64,000 nucleotides of DNA from Azolla caroliniana (GCA_043228905.1 JBHGNT010000016.1:9238001-9302000), one strand, 5' to 3'. Shown: positions 11,135 through 25,818, counted from the stretch's first letter. Notes: a model not told the origin generated them from the letters alone. Numbers and translations are program-made.

Positions 11135-14100
11135 TCATAAAAGGGCAACAACTATAACAATGAACAACCAACCTTTACAAAAGGTTACAAAGTCACTTCA
11201 TATAGTGACTCACTTAGGGCAACTGCCCTTTATGTTATTTACAGAAATAGCCCGAACTTGGGCTCTCTAAGAGGATAGTGTGAATACGTCCATTATACAT
11301 TTGTATTTGACACTCCCCCGTAATGGGCGTATACATGGGTTATCTAAAAAATACGGGTATAGGCATAGGTTCTCGGACAGGTCGGTTTTGTTTGAATCGG
11401 CATGATCTGTAGACAGAAGACCGAACTGGTCGGGTCGGAAAAGCTGAAGCCGATCGTCAGTGAACCGATGTCTGTTGTCTGAAACCATCCTGCACTATGT
11501 CCGGCTTCAACCAGACCGATATGTTGTTACGCCCATCTGTTGCCGAAGAGACCGGAACCGGTCTGCCGAAAGACACTTGGTCATTCCATCTGCAACATTA
11601 TCGGTTGTGGATATCTTCTCTAAACCGATTTTCCCGGAAATGACGCAGTCCCGAACAAAGTGATATCGAACTTCGATATGCTTGGAGGCGTCGTGATGAA
11701 CCGGATTTTTCGACAAAGCAACGGCACTCTGACTGTTGTTGTAGACAACTGGAGCCGAGTCGGAGTCGACTTGCCGAAACGTGTGCGCCAACCGACCGAG
11801 CCATAAAGCTTCTTTCGCTGCGTCGGAGGCAGCTACATATTCTGCTTTAGTCGTTGAGGTGGTTGTGCACTCCTGAAGTTTCGACTTCCACGAGATTGCT
11901 CCATTACCGAATTTAAAGCAATATCCGGTTGTTGACTTGCGACTGTCCACACAGCCGGCGAAGTCCGAGTCGGTGTAACCAACTACGCCTGAAGTTGAGT
12001 TCGGACCGAAAAGGATGTCATGGTCTTTTGTGCCAGCTAAATATCTGAACACATGCTTGACTGCGTTCCAGTGCGATCGGCTGGGATTGTGCATAAATCT
12101 GCTGATGACTCCTACGGCGTGAGAAATATCAAGCCGTGTCGCGACCATCGCGTACATTAGAGAGCCTACTGCCGGTGCATACGGTACCGACTTCATATCT
12201 TCCCCCTCCGGACCGGATGTCCGGCAGTCTCGCTGAGAAAGCCGAAGAGGAATGGGGAGCGGGGTCGAAGCAGACTTGGCCGATTGCATGTTAAAGCATT
12301 CCAAGACACGTCTGATGTAGTCGGTTTGAGACAGAAAAAGTTGTCTTTTGGCGCGATTCCGACTAATCTTCATTCCGAGTATGTGTCTTGCCGGACCGAG
12401 GTCATTCATGGCAAACTTCAATCGCAGTTTCCGAACGAGTTCGGTGAGCTCTCCGGTATGCCGACCGGAGAGTAGCATGTCGTCCACGTAGATGATGAGG
12501 AAGACGGGAGAACTGTCTTGAGCGGTTTTGGTGAAGGGGCAGTGGTCCTCATCGCTCTTGGAGAAGCCGACCGACTGGATGAAATCGTCGAACTTCTTGT
12601 ACCACTGTCGGGGTGCCTGTTTCAGGCCGTAAAGACTCTTCTTGAGTCGGCAGACTAGATGTTCTTGACCGGTGGCCACAAAGCCTTTTGGCTGCTCCAT
12701 GTAGATTTCCTCCTTTAGATCATCGTGGAGGAATGTCGTTTTTACATCTAGCTGAATCAGTTCCAAATTGTCAGCAACCACAACACCGAGCATGAAACGA
12801 AGGGTTGTCATTTTCACCACTGGTGAAAAGATTTCGTCGAAGTCAACGCCATATTCCCTTCGAAATCCCTTCGCCACTAATCTGGCCTTGTACTTTGGGG
12901 TGGTCGAGTCGGACGTCTCCTTTAGTCTATAGACCCACTTGCAAGGAAGAGCACGTCGATTCTTCGGTAAGTCGACCAGATCCCAAGTCTTGTTGGCGCG
13001 GATGGAGTGCATTTCCGACTCCATTGCCAGATGCCAGGTGGCTGAATCGGCAGCTGCCGATGCTTCTTCGTAGGACGTCGGTTCACCGGCGTCAGTGAAG
13101 AAAATTCCGGGAGAGTACCTCTCCGGAGGTTGCGACAGTCTCTCGGATCTTTGAGGTATGATTGGACTGGTCGCACCGGGTGTCGATGTCGGATGGTCGG
13201 AAGCCGAGCCATTCGGCTGTGCCGAATCGGTGGATTCGGTGCGAGAGAAGTCGGTTACCCGTGAAATCGATCTCACGTTGTGTGTTGGGTCGTCATGAAG
13301 GGTTGGCACTTCGGAAAATATTACCCTTCGGACTTCAATAGGCCTTTCGGCCGTTTTGTGCATAGTCGACTCGTTGAACACGACGTCCGAACTTCGGACG
13401 ATTTGCCTGTGCTCGAGGTCCCAGAGTCGGTATCCGATCTCGCCGTCGGGTCCATACCGGAGGAAAACGCATTTCCTTGATCTCGGTTCGAGTTTTTGGC
13501 GGTCGTCTTTCGGTATGAGGGCGTATGCCTCACAACTGAAAATCCTCAGCTTATCATAATTCGGCTTTCTGCCAGTCCATATTTCCTGAGGTATCCTAAG
13601 TCCTAGAGGTCTACTTGGCGACATATTGATTATGTGTACTGCCGTGAGTAGAGACTCTGCCCAGAAGCCATCCGATAGTCCGGAGTGTTGGAGCATGGAT
13701 ACAACGCGTTCTTGAATCGTCCGATTCATGCATTCTGCGATTCCATTCTGCTCCGGACTATATGGTGCCGTATATTCACATCTAATGCCGCGTTCTCGGC
13801 AAAATTTGACGAATTCATCAGATTTGAACTCACCTCCATTGTGGGTTCGGAGACACTTCAGTTTCTGACCGGTCTGGTTTGCGACCATTGCGAGCCAATC
13901 TGAGAAGATTGAGAACACCCGATCTTTGGTTCTGATGGGGTAAGCCCACACCTTCCGAGTCGAGTCGTCAATGAAACTGACGAAGTACGAGGCACCACCG
14001 AGTGACTGATGTGACATCGGGCCACAGACGTCCGAGTGGACCAAATCGAGCGGGCTCGACTCTCTTGGTGCTGATGTCAGGTGTGATGCGGCTACCTGTT

Positions 14101-16340
14101 TGCCGTACTGGCAATGCTCACAAAACTGATGGTCCGAGAAGGAGAGTTTCGGGATGTATCCGGCTCTGGATAGGTGTGTGATGTCGGCCTTGCTGAGGTG
14201 TCCAAGTCGTCCATGCCATAAGGATGACACAGGGATATCTACCAGAAATAAGTCACCCTCTCTGAGTGTGACATACAAAGGGTACAATGAGTGTACCTTT
14301 GGTCCTCTAGCAAGCAGGAGGTTCCCTCTGTGGAGTGTCCACCCTCTTGATGAGAAACCAGCACGGATGCCAGCTTCATCAAGTTGTCCGACTGAGATCA
14401 AGGGTCGTGAGAGCTCAGGAACATGTCAGACGTTGTATAGTACGAGTGTAGAGCCACCCGGAAGGTTGAGCTCTACGGTGCCGATTCCGATGATAGCACA
14501 GTGCTGCGAATTTCCGACATGAACTGAGTCGGAGTGCCGGTCCGAATATTGCCGAAACTGTGATCGGTGAGGTGTCACGTGATACGACGTGCCCGAGTCC
14601 AGAAGCCATGTGCTCGATTCCTCAATCGTAAGCAGAACTTCTGATTCGACTGGATTCTCTATGGACAATATGTTCGGGTCGGTCATCAATATCTCGGCTG
14701 AAGAGCCGACGTAGTTGACTTCCTCATACCGGTTACTCCTCTGATCAGCTCTCTGAGCTTTGTCTGTCCTTGACTTGAGTACCCGACAGTCGTCCTTGAT
14801 GTGTCCCGGTTTCTTGCAGTAGTTGCAAATTCGGGTTTCCTAGGACTTGTTGCGGCTTCGCTGATTTGTCGGCGGTCGGGAAGAGCTTCTTCCCCAGTTG
14901 TTCGGTCGGTCGGTCGAACCTTGTACTACATAGGCTTCTTCTGTCGAGTCTTTGGTGAAAGACTTTCTCCGAGCTGCTTCAGTCGGGATTGCACTTGTGA
15001 CTTCGGAGTACCTGATGGCAGTCGTAGAAGCGTTGCACACAGTTGTAACGAAGGTTTCCCAAGAGGAGGGGAGACTGCTCATGAGTATCATTGCTCTAAG
15101 TTCATCCTCGATTGTCGTCCCCTGTGACGAGATTTGGGAGCTCAAACTTTCGTACTCGTTAAGGTGTGCCTGAACCGAATCGGAGTCTTTCATCTGCAAG
15201 TTGTAGAGGCGCCGGATCAAATACATCTTCGTTGAGGTGACCTTCTTTTCGTAGGTTTCCGACAACTTCTTCCAAAGTTCGAAGGCTGTCGTGCACGATT
15301 GCACTATGAAGTACACTGACTCCGACAGGTGCATCCGAATCGTGGCGCGGACGATTCTGTCCAGCTTCTGCCACTCATTTGCCTTGTATATTTCTGGAGC
15401 AGTTTCATTCTCAATCGGATCGATCTGACCCTTAACTATAAGATAGTCCTGCATTTGCTCCTTCCAAAAATTGAAGTTTGAACTGTCAAACCTCCTTAGA
15501 CTCATTTCCGATGAGCCGGATGTTGATGCCATCAGATTCAATTTTGGTTGACGAAGCTCGATTCGGAGTTGACTACGAACTTTGTTGGACTGCAGCCGGT
15601 CGGCTCACCCGATATCGTTCTAGTCGGATTTGAACCCAAGTCGGTTCGGTTTTGGATATATGTATTGTTGAACTTGCTCGAACTGACTCCGGTAACTTGA
15701 GGGACATAACCGACTGGTCTCCCCGAATGTTGCCAAGTTGGAGTGAGCCCAGTTCGCTTCCAGATATATATGCCAAATACCGATTATTGAAACCGATTGT
15801 CTGGACCGATTCTGCTTCGGGTGACTGCAACGACGAGAGAGACGGATCCAATTGATCCTCCCGAATGTCGATCAGCTGGATGAAGCACGAATTGGGGTTG
15901 TTGTCTTGAGACCGATCAGCACCGAGTGGTTACAACGGGCGGCGAGCAGCGTTCGGTGACTTGTTCGGATGCCGTTTAACCGAGTTGAGCACGATCGTGT
16001 CAATGTTGCACAAGGGGATTTCACCTCGAGCGGTTACGATCACGAGGAACAGAGTACAGCCGGCTGGCTTACTCCAAGCAAAGATGATCTAACGCAATGA
16101 GATGCAAGCCTCATTTTTCTTCTTCTTCTCTCTTCTCTGTTTCTTCAAATACAAAACAGGAAAAAAAACAGAATGTTGTGATCCAAAGATTCGAATGGCG
16201 GCTGGCAGCGGGATGAAGGACATCCAAGCTCTGATACCAAATGTGGGGGATGAACAAGGCCGTCAGTGCGGAAGAGATCACACAGTATGAAACTGTGAGG
16301 AAGAAAATACCTGCGTATGAGAAAGGTAAGAACAAAATAC

Positions 16341-16386
<46 letters not shown>

Positions 16387-16585
16387 GAACAAAGAATATA
16401 TCTATATTCATAAAAGGGCAACAACTATAACAATGAACAACCAACCTTTACAAAAGGTTACAAAGTCACTTTATATAGTGACTCACTTAGGGCAACTGCC
16501 CTTTATGTTATTTACAGAAATAGCCCGAACTTGGGCTCTCTAAGAGGATAGTGTGAATACGTCCATTATACATTTGTATTCGACA
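11135..16585 (-). mobile_element. Ty1/copia element C nested in B; 3' LTR truncated
   Basis: 5' LTR 16242-16585, PBS TGGTATCAGAGC 16228-16239, PPT 11313-11320, partial 3' LTR 11135-11312. Confidence 0.9.
11507..15541 (-). pseudogene. copia gag-pol polyprotein (gag-CCHC-PR-INT-RT-RH), single frame with two premature stops (14840, 14426)
   Basis: ORFs 14840-15541, 14426-14689 and 11507-14401 are in frame; WLLDSG protease, HSDVCGP integrase, YVDD RT, SKHIEVRYHF RNase H. Confidence 0.9.
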
Positions 16586-17421
16586 CGATCCACCTCCATG
16601 TACAACATTCGGTTGTCTGATTGATTGGTCCTTGACCCACTCGCATGGTTTTCTTTGACCATCAACATTGATTGTAAGTCAAAGAAGGACAGTGGCTTCT
16701 TCCAGGTGCAAATTGTCATCCGAATTGGCTCGTACCGTTGTGCTAGACCACCAAGGCAGATTTGAACCATCTCGTCTTCGTCCACCGTCACGTTGATGGA
16801 CCCGAGTGTGTCACAAATCTCCTTTATCTTAGTGGTGTAGTTCGTAACCGACATATCTCTTTGTCGGATGTTGTTTAGCTCTTGCTGAAGATGCAACTTA
16901 CGGGTTGTGGTACTCGCGGCGAAAATCTTCCGAATATTTTCCCAGGCCTCCTTCGGTGTTTTTGCATCCTTGATGTAGCGGAGCATTTGATCATGCACAC
17001 AGGAGGTGAGGTAATACAAAACTCGGCTCGCTCCTTGCTCCCATGCCATGAAGTCCTTGTGTGCCAGCTCTGGTGCTACCTCGTTGGTTCCTTCCACATT
17101 GCTCCAATATCCATGCCCCAGCAGGTACTGGTGCATTTTATATGAACAGGATGCATAGTTTGCTCCAGTCGAGCTTTTTTGTCAAAAGTGAACATATCAT
17201 TCCTCTGTCCATCTTAGGTTCTCTTCTGTTCTTCACCAGGTGTTAGGGTTTGTCTTCACTAGTCGCTCATCGGTTGTAGAGGTTCTCAACCCTCGCGCTC
17301 TAATACCATGTGAAAGTTAGCGTGCGGAAGCTTATGTCAAACTAGCTTTGCCGAATAGTAGCAGTAAAGAGAAGAAGGTTTAATGGAAGCTTAACACAGA
17401 GAATAAGCATACACAGGAGCA

Positions 17422-17480
<59 letters not shown>

Positions 17481-17725
17481 AGAACATAAACCTCTATTCA
17501 AAATAATACTCTCAATATTATGTACATAGAATGTGCTCAAAGAGCACTTTTATACAAGTCGATAAAGGACTAACAGAAGTACTAACAGGTACTTCAATGC
17601 TCACATGAGCGACTATCACTGACTCCCAAAAATATGTCTATGTAATAGGCTAGATCCGTAGGCCTCTAACGGCCTACTGGTTTCAATCAGATCCGGTGGA
17701 TCCGGTTGACCTTGCTCGCTCAACA

Positions 17726-18506
17726 TTTGTAAATAGCCCAAAAGCCATATAAGTATAAATATGACTTAGGGCAATCACATTAGTGAGTATTGATGATGTA
17801 ATTGACTGTTGTACACAGAGAGTGAGAGAGAGACACACACACAGAATGAGTTTTCTGTTGTAACCGCTGGTTGGCGAAGATATAGAGCTTGAGGTCGTTG
17901 CCTTTGAGTCTCATTTTGTATTCCTCCTCTCATAGTGATAGTTGGAGTCCGTGGGCTCCCATGGTTTTTCCCATTTAGGGTTTTCCACGTAAACATCTGT
18001 GTCATCTCGTTGCAAGTTTGATTTTTTCTTCCATTCGTTGTTTAAGATTTGGTTGTGGCCGAACGTTATTTCCCGCTCACTTCTATCCATATCTTCCTTC
18101 ATGTTCTTTGCCAGGTGTTAGGGTTTGTCTATGAGCGTCACTCGTCAGCAACAGAGGATTCTGAACCCTCGCGCTCTAATAATAACAACATAAACTCAAT
18201 TCAAAATAATAACTCTCTATACATACAATGTGCTCAGTGAGCACTTTTATACAAGTCCTTAAGAGGGCTGATAGAAGTACTGACATGTACTTCAATGCTC
18301 ATACGAGCGATTGACACTAACTCCTAGAAATATGCCTACGTACTAGGCTAGGATCGTAGACCTCTAACGGCCTACCGGTTACAATCCAATCTGACTCTTG
18401 GTTCCGGATACCCATCCGGATACCTATCCGGTTCTCCGTTCCGGATACGGATCCGACTCTGCCTTATTCAACCAATCCGAATCCGGTTGAGCTTGTCCGC
18501 TCAACA
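17726..18506. mobile_element. Mosaic of LTR fragments: family E LTR (+) fused to a second copy of the element B leader/PBS/LTR (-)
   Basis: GGGTTTTCCACGTAAAC motif as in 41419-42163; 18110-18506 repeats 17236-17725. Confidence 0.65.
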
Positions 18507-19899
18507 ATATTCAACACTATTTGGTCCTACAACCCTACATCCTAATGGTTTACAACAGTTCGGCCCTATGACCTTTCCAGCCTCTCTGGCCCTTTCAGCT
18601 TCTAGCCTTTAGTTGAGCTTGTCATCACAACAAAGAAGTTTGCACAAGCACTTGGAAATTTGTTGGATTCTTTAGCTTTGCCTCCAACGTAAAGTGTGGG
18701 CTTAATCCCACTTTGAGCGGTCTATCTTAAACCATTCAACCTCCATTCCACCATGTAACCGAATACACGTAGTTGAGCGATCAATAAACTCCCTCTCAAA
18801 CTAAACATACCTTGTTGATGACCTTTGTAAACTAAAGAGATCCTCCAATTGATGCATCGTGCTATTAATGATTATGTGATTTGATGTCACTATTGTCAAG
18901 CTATTAATAAATATAAGTAGTAAGATAGATTTCGAGTTTACTAATGAATTTTTTGGATAAAGTTTATTATTGAATGAGAAACTACCTTGAGCATGTGCTC
19001 CATATAACAACCTTGGTCTCATGGAGCAATCAAGCTATTGTTCAAATCAAGGAGGACATGCTTCATGCATGTGAGAACATATAACTTCCTATTATTATGG
19101 AGTTTTCTGATATTGACGTATGATCTTAGCTATGAGCCTTGATCGATGTTAACATTCATCATGATGAGTTATACACAACATCAACCATTAAGGGATATAA
19201 TACCATATGCTACATATTGCACTAAACCCAAAGTAATAAACATAAACAATTTAATTCCCCGTAATGAAAAAGAGGGATACAAATGACAGGAGAAATCGCT
19301 CTCAACAACCTAACACTCAAGGATTAGCAAGCTCAATTGCAAGTGCTTGGGGGTTGTCACCAACAATCCTCAAATGCACGATCCTCAGATGAGTGACATG
19401 CCATGTATTGGTTTGAGGAAAGTCCATGGCATCAATTTGTCCTCATTTTTCTTGCTTGATGCGTAGCATTATGCATACATATCTAAATCTAGTATTGGGT
19501 GTTGTGTGGAACTTCATCTTGTTTTTCTCACAATCGTGTGCCCTATAAAAGACAACTTATCCTAATTTGATTTACTACCAACTTATATGTAGTGTTAAAA
19601 TCAAGAGTAAACCACCACACTATGCAATATCATGTGTTGTATTAAAAACATTGACGAGTCACTTCATTTGATTCTAGAAAAAACATAGCTTATTTCCATT
19701 ACATGCATATAACTAGATGATTGATGAACAAAAAAAAAGTGCATGATGAAGTGAAGTTATATGCAAGGTGACTGACTGCATGGTAAGCAATATGCTCTAA
19801 TCAAAAGACGGCGCAAGCTATGAAGCATTGAGATGAATGGAGGAAAGACCTGATGTCTGTCGTGGGGCGACAATTTCCCAATTCCGAGTGAGTGAGGGC

Positions 19900-20097
19900 C
19901 GATCCACACACACACTCACACACACACTCCTCTCTCTCTCTCTCTCTCTCTCTCTCAAAGGTAGTTTGAGAAGTTAGAAGTTAGAATACAAAGAAAGGGT
20001 TTAGGGTCTATGGAGGGTTTAAAGAAATAATACATCATCCACCACACAACACAGTGTGCCCCCCTGCCCGAACCCTAACCCTAACCCTAACCCTAAC
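19900..20097 (+). promoter_or_regulatory. Promoter region with CA/CT microsatellites, telo-box-like GGGTTTAGGG and (AACCCT)4
   Basis: Motifs read directly 100-300 bp upstream of ATG 20200. Confidence 0.5.
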
Positions 20098-20199
20098 AAC
20101 TTACCGCACGCAGAGGCACGCGTTCCTGTTTCGTGACATCATCTCCACCTTTTGTTTTCTTCTTCTCCCTCGACAGGTTTCTTTCCTCCAACCTTAGAT

Positions 20200-23172
20200 A
20201 TGGCTCGCCTCCTTCGAATCAGGTCGCAACATTTCCTCGTTTCTCCTTCTCCTCTTCGGAATCATCAGATCCTCCATCTCACAGGTAATACACAAAAAGA
20301 AAACATTCGAGTCTCTCTCTATCTTTCTCTCTCTCGGTTTCCATTTTTGTCTCTTTGTGTCACAATGAGGGCTTTGGAAGATGATTCTTTTTCTTGTTGG
20401 TCTTGCCTTAGCATCAGAAAAACTAGTTTTTTGCCATGACACTTCAGAAATACATATTTTTCTGTTTTGTTTTAGTTTTTACATGCGGGAAACAAATGCA
20501 GTTACTTTCTTTGATTTTGGAAGTTCTGAGACTGTTTGCTTATTAACATATTATATTTGAGCTTGAAGAAGATGCAACACACTTCTTTAGGTTTTGAAAG
20601 TGTAGTGTAGCCTTTCAAACTAACTGTATAGTGGCTAATTCATATTGCGTTGTACTCAATGTGAGCCTTCGCTTTTCAAAAGTTGTAGTTACTAGTAATG
20701 CTACTTATGCATGTGTTTTATGCTGTAGCTTAATGCAACAACCTTTGCTTTTGAGAGTGTAGAGTAGTTTACCTCATCTTTTGCACCTAACATTATGGTA
20801 ATAACGTAATGTTGAAGACGTTGGATTTAAATATTCTTAAGTATTATGCTCATTCGTGGGAGTCAATACATTTTTTCTGTGGAAGTTCGGAGTACTTGGT
20901 GAATTTGCGGGATCTTACTTCACATTGATTAAGTTTTACTCTGACCCAGCTTTAAGTTGGAATGACCTGAAATAGTTTCCTGTTTTACATGAGAAGATAG
21001 AAATGGTTGAGCTGAACTAGGACCATGCTCAACCATGACCTAATTTGACCAGGACAAGTGTAACCAGATTCGAGCTTTGCTAGGACTGAACATCAGTCTT
21101 CGTTTGGATCAAGTTGAACGAGACTCTGAACTTAACTAAACTAGGATCAGTCTTTAACCAACTTTTGTGCTGAACTTAAAAATGGAATATAATGTGTTGC
21201 ATTTATGTGGCATGGTGCTGTAGTATTGCAGAAAACTACACAAAGATGGTGTGCAGGGAGTGCAGCACTTGAAGAATCTTGTAGCAATGAGATGCTATCT
21301 GGGTATATGCTATGGACATTCAGTCACTCATGAAATTTGAACTATATTACTGAATATTAGCGAAATAAGAAGAAAGTTGGGCTGTGTGTGTAGGTCATCT
21401 GCATTTGAAGGGGAGGCTATGACACAAGATGCCACAGTTCAGAAAGGAAGGCATCGGTTTTCTTCCAATATGACCAAGAGTACAAATGAGCAGTCTTCTT
21501 CTGAAAGTACTGACAATCTCTCAAAGCTTATTCTAAATAAAATGAGAAGTAAAGGGACGACTGTAAGTCGAATTTCGGTAACTAGTGAGAAAGATGGTGT
21601 AAAAATAGATCCTCATCATTCTGCCAATGTGAATGCCACTACTGTCACTAGTACTGAAGATAAGTCTATACAAGACAGCAAGTGGGCGCAAGTTATGAGT
21701 TCGATCCGTAAGATTGCTGTGAAAAATAAAGCCGTTGCAGCAGTGGGTAAACCAGATTCTTCTAGTGGGAAAGAAAGTGAAAATATTGATGATTTTGCTG
21801 ACTTGGATCAGCCTCATTCAGGGAGTGGTTTGAGCACTTTTAGGAATACAAGTCAAACATCAGTAAGAGATGCTACCTGCCTTGTTTTCGTTCATAATCT
21901 AATAAATGAAAGGCTTTCCTAATTTTGATCCTTCCCATCTTTTTGAGTTTTAAGCAGCTAGGCAATGCATTTAGAAAGGACTATTCACCAAATAACAAGC
22001 AGCAGAAAGGGTTCCAAGGAGGCAGTCTTCCAAGATCAAAGGAGATGAAGCCAGGAAACCACAATTTCCTTAACAAGCCACGTGATTCAAATGGTTCCTT
22101 TGCTCGTACGGACATACCATCCAATAGGAGCTCTATTGATCCTTCAGGTGGTTTAGCAAGGGATTTTCTTTCAAATCCAAGATCGAAAGGAAACTGGAAT
22201 CAACAAATGAATAAGGAAGCGAAGCCTGTTATCTTTGATGCTCTCAGAGCTCCTGAAACAAAGAGCATTCAACCTCGAGAAGGTATAAGGACTGCTATTT
22301 CAAATGAAGCAGCACAAGCAACCAAAGAGAGTTTTGCTCCATATTCTGGGTATACAGTGTGTATCCAGAACGTGCCTTCCCATTGTAACCTTGGTCTCGT
22401 GAAGCATGCTCTTTCTACTCATGGAGAAATTGTTGGCTCCTTCAAGAAGCCTGGATTGAACGGAACCTGCACTGTCTACGTTGAATTCAAGGTAAATAGT
22501 GAGCTCTGATGTAACTTGGTTAATGCAGCAATGATATTTGGAATGAAGATAAATTATAGCACACATAATTGTTAACAGACAGAAGAGGCTATGGACAATG
22601 CCCTAACCATCCGGGAGATCCAACTTGAGAGCAAACTTTTCACCATTGCTAGGGCAGACCTTCCCATCACAACAGTTGTGAGACTTAGCAGGCTCGGTGG
22701 AATAACTCAAGAAACCCAAATTCGCTCTATTTGTGAGAGATATGGGACTCTTGACAGCATTCGAAAACGAGGAAATGGAGTCTATGACGTGTTCTATAAA
22801 GTGAAAGAGCTTCCGAATATCCCCAACATATTAGACAGGTATTTCCTCACTCTGGGAATAATTAGAAGCTATACTCATTTCTATTACATCCTGTTTTGGA
22901 GGATATATGCTGACTTTGTTACACATGTATTTACTTAATATAGCTTGAATGAGGTTACTCTAAACCAAAGAAGGTGGATAGCTCTACCTGCTCCGACCTT
23001 GCATCCTGATGCAAAGAAGGATGTGCTATGTACCAGCAATGGGCAAGCATGGCATGCATCTCAATCGAGCCAGATGCTCAACAAAATTGAGATTGGATTG
23101 GATGCCATGTCAATATGCTTTGAAGATTTGAAGGCACTCACTCACATGGAAGATGAGGTATTGAAGAGGTGA
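20200..23172 (+). CDS. Probable organelle-targeted RNA-binding protein with two RRM-like domains, about 552 aa; exons 20200-20284, 21224-21302, 21394-21862, 21955(or 21958)-22491, 22579-22838, 22944-23172
   Basis: All introns GT-AG with matching phases; TVCIQNVP...VYVEFK and TVVRLSRL...VYDVFY RRM-like patterns; Arg/Leu/Ser-rich acid-free N-terminus MARLLRIRSQHFLVSPSPLR. Confidence 0.8.
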
Positions 23173-25818
23173 TACGCTCATTGAAGCCCTTTTTTCTGAT
23201 GCTTTTTGGGCCATTTTGGAAAGAAGTCAATTGGTGGGATACATCAGTAAAAGGTGATGCTATTTCCGTGTTCGAAGTTGGACGAAATAGACCACCAAAT
23301 GAGAGACATTTTCATTTCCAAAGATGAAGAGGGTATATATTTCAGCTATAAAGAATTGTTATTTTGAAAAACCCTCAGTTTTCTTTTGGAGCCCGCATTC
23401 GTTTTATGAATTACAATGGGTTCCTTCATCTTTATACACTTGTCTCTGGCAAGAGTCCCTATTTTGAAGCAAACAAGAATTGGGAATCTTATTGAAAATT
23501 CTTTGGACGAAATCTCTTGATTTATTTGAGTTTTTGATAGTTGGATTTGTTCTCTCTTTTTCTCTCAGAATGTCCCAAACAGCTGGTAGAAATTGAGCTG
23601 CTCTAGATTTTACTTTTGGTTTAATAAAATATTTCTGAATATCTTTGTCGAAGGTTTGTCTCTTTCATTTTGTTTGGCCAGGTCTTATTTTGTTGAAAGG
23701 ATTGATTATCTTATTATTCTTTAGGTAGTTGAGGTATAGATTGATAGTTTGATACTGCCAAGAGATCATCACAGGAAAATGATTCATGGTTAGGGTTATC
23801 TGGTGTCAAGCCAACTAATTAAAAGTTGTCATTCTGGATAACTTACATGATACATTCATTAATTTGAAACGACATTTGCACTCTCTTTATGTAAACAATA
23901 GATTTAATCGAGTCTTGTATCCTTGAACGTAAGGCTGTTTTAAGTTTTGAACACCTTAAGTTAAGAAAGGATTTGGGCTGTCATATATGAAAAATTTAAT
24001 CATGAATGTGATAACATTGAACTACTTCAATTTACCAAGTTTAAAATGCTGTATTTTGGAACTAAATAAGTAGCACCTAGGTAATTCTTGTGGTGAGCTT
24101 TTGTTCTATTCAGCCATGGTTGTGAGCATTGATACATGAAGGTGAGCGTATGAAAATGTTCATTACTTTTAGGCTAATGATCCATCCATAAGATACACTT
24201 GTAACATCCATAACCAATCTTGACCATCCATGGTGGTGTCATATACATTCGATGCACATGTGTGAAAGTTGAATGGGACAATCAGTGACCTGAACTAGTT
24301 AAGATGGCTTTGACAATAGTGGTGTTGATGAAAAGTTGGGAATAATATTTAGTGTGGAGCTCGCCATTTTTGTATGGCATGGGTGCTTACTTTGTGTAGG
24401 AAGGAAAATCTAATGTAGATTACATGGATGTGTATGTGAACCATGTGAATTGTATGTGTTTACGTTAAGGTCTTTTTTTTTTTTTTTTCCATAAAAAATA
24501 TGCTCCATTGGTATTAAAATTAACAATGCCAAAGGCAATCTACAAATTGTACATAATAGTTTCCACTCCATAAGTATATATCGTAAAAAAAGGGACCAAA
24601 TAATGATGGCATTTGTTATGGCCTCTGAAAACATCATGTTGCAGCCAACATTGGCTGAATGTGATTCCACATGTACCAAAGCTCTTTAGTATACCCATAT
24701 TCAACCTATAAACAAATTCCTGCGGTCCAAGTGAATACATATCATTTAGTACTTCAATGTATTTATATGTGCGCCTTTCTTGGTATGATTTCACAAAAAC
24801 ACATTCAGGTGTATATTCATGCAAGAGCATGTATATAAGTATACTTTAAATTTGTTTGTATATATGTCTACATATTGCGCAGTGCACATAAGATATCAAA
24901 CTAGCCTACTTAGCTTCTTACTTCTAGCTCAATTTATAGTTGATACAAAGGTACCCATTTAGATTGGCTTAACTACATGCGTGCTAAAAAGGGTGTGCTA
25001 AAAGGGTGGGTTGGCTTAGGTACATGCATGCTTAAAAGGGTGTGCTAAAAGGGTGGCACAAAGGAACATATGCACACCACATTTCCCCCCTGAGAGAAAC
25101 AAGGAGGTTTATGACATGGGGAAAGAACGGGGATCAAAAGTTGGTCCTGGGGTGGCATAGGGCTTGATGTGGGCAACATGGGAAGAGGTGAATCGGTTGT
25201 TGGAATTGCGTCGAAGCAAGTACGTGGTGGATCTAATGGCACGAACTACGATGAACGAGTCGAATCCCTCGGTGCTTCTGCCATTGTTGTGCGACTTGTA
25301 GGTTTTAGGAGCTCACTTGTCAAAGGAGGGGGAGCATCTGTTGGAGATAGAACTCCCAAGTGGCACTATCCATGTTGGTAGGGTTGGAATGGACGTCAAT
25401 GGACGATTCTGGTAGGAGGCGATGGTCACGCCCATAGAGTGCTCGAAAAGGGTTGATTCATGTGGCCATCTCTTGCTTGGGGGTCTTGTTGAGGCATCCC
25501 GTGAGGCCATTTGTTTGAAAGATCAATCGCTCTTGTGAATTGAGGGCCACCTGGACTTGGCTGAGGTGGGGGACAAGAGAGCTATCGTGTAGGAGGGGGA
25601 TCGAGGAAAGATCAATTGGTGGAGAAAGATCAATCGCTCCTATGGACTGAGGGCCACCTGGACTTGGCTGAGGTGGGGGACAAGAGGGCTATCGTGTAGG
25701 AGGGGGATCGGGGGAGCTCGTGGGACAAGAAGTTAGTGGGCAGTGAAATCAATTATAACGTGACACTTGAGGAACCAAACACAACCTAAGGTGAGGGGGA
25801 AGAGTTGGTGGGGAAAGA

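Larger units (their letters stand above)
8420..17725 (-). mobile_element. Degenerate Ty1/copia element B, interrupted by element C and internally deleted
   Basis: 5' LTR about 17309-17725, PBS TGGTATTAGAGC (Met-i type), gag 16586-17136, RT ([13 protein letters not shown]) 9500-10742, RNase H (HARTKHIEVHYH) 9064-9501, PPT 8532-8548, truncated 3' LTR 8420-8531. Confidence 0.85.

Noticed and set aside
24410-24830. Short minus-strand ORFs as a gene
   Set aside because: No recognisable domain or splice structure; AT-rich, probably an old repeat
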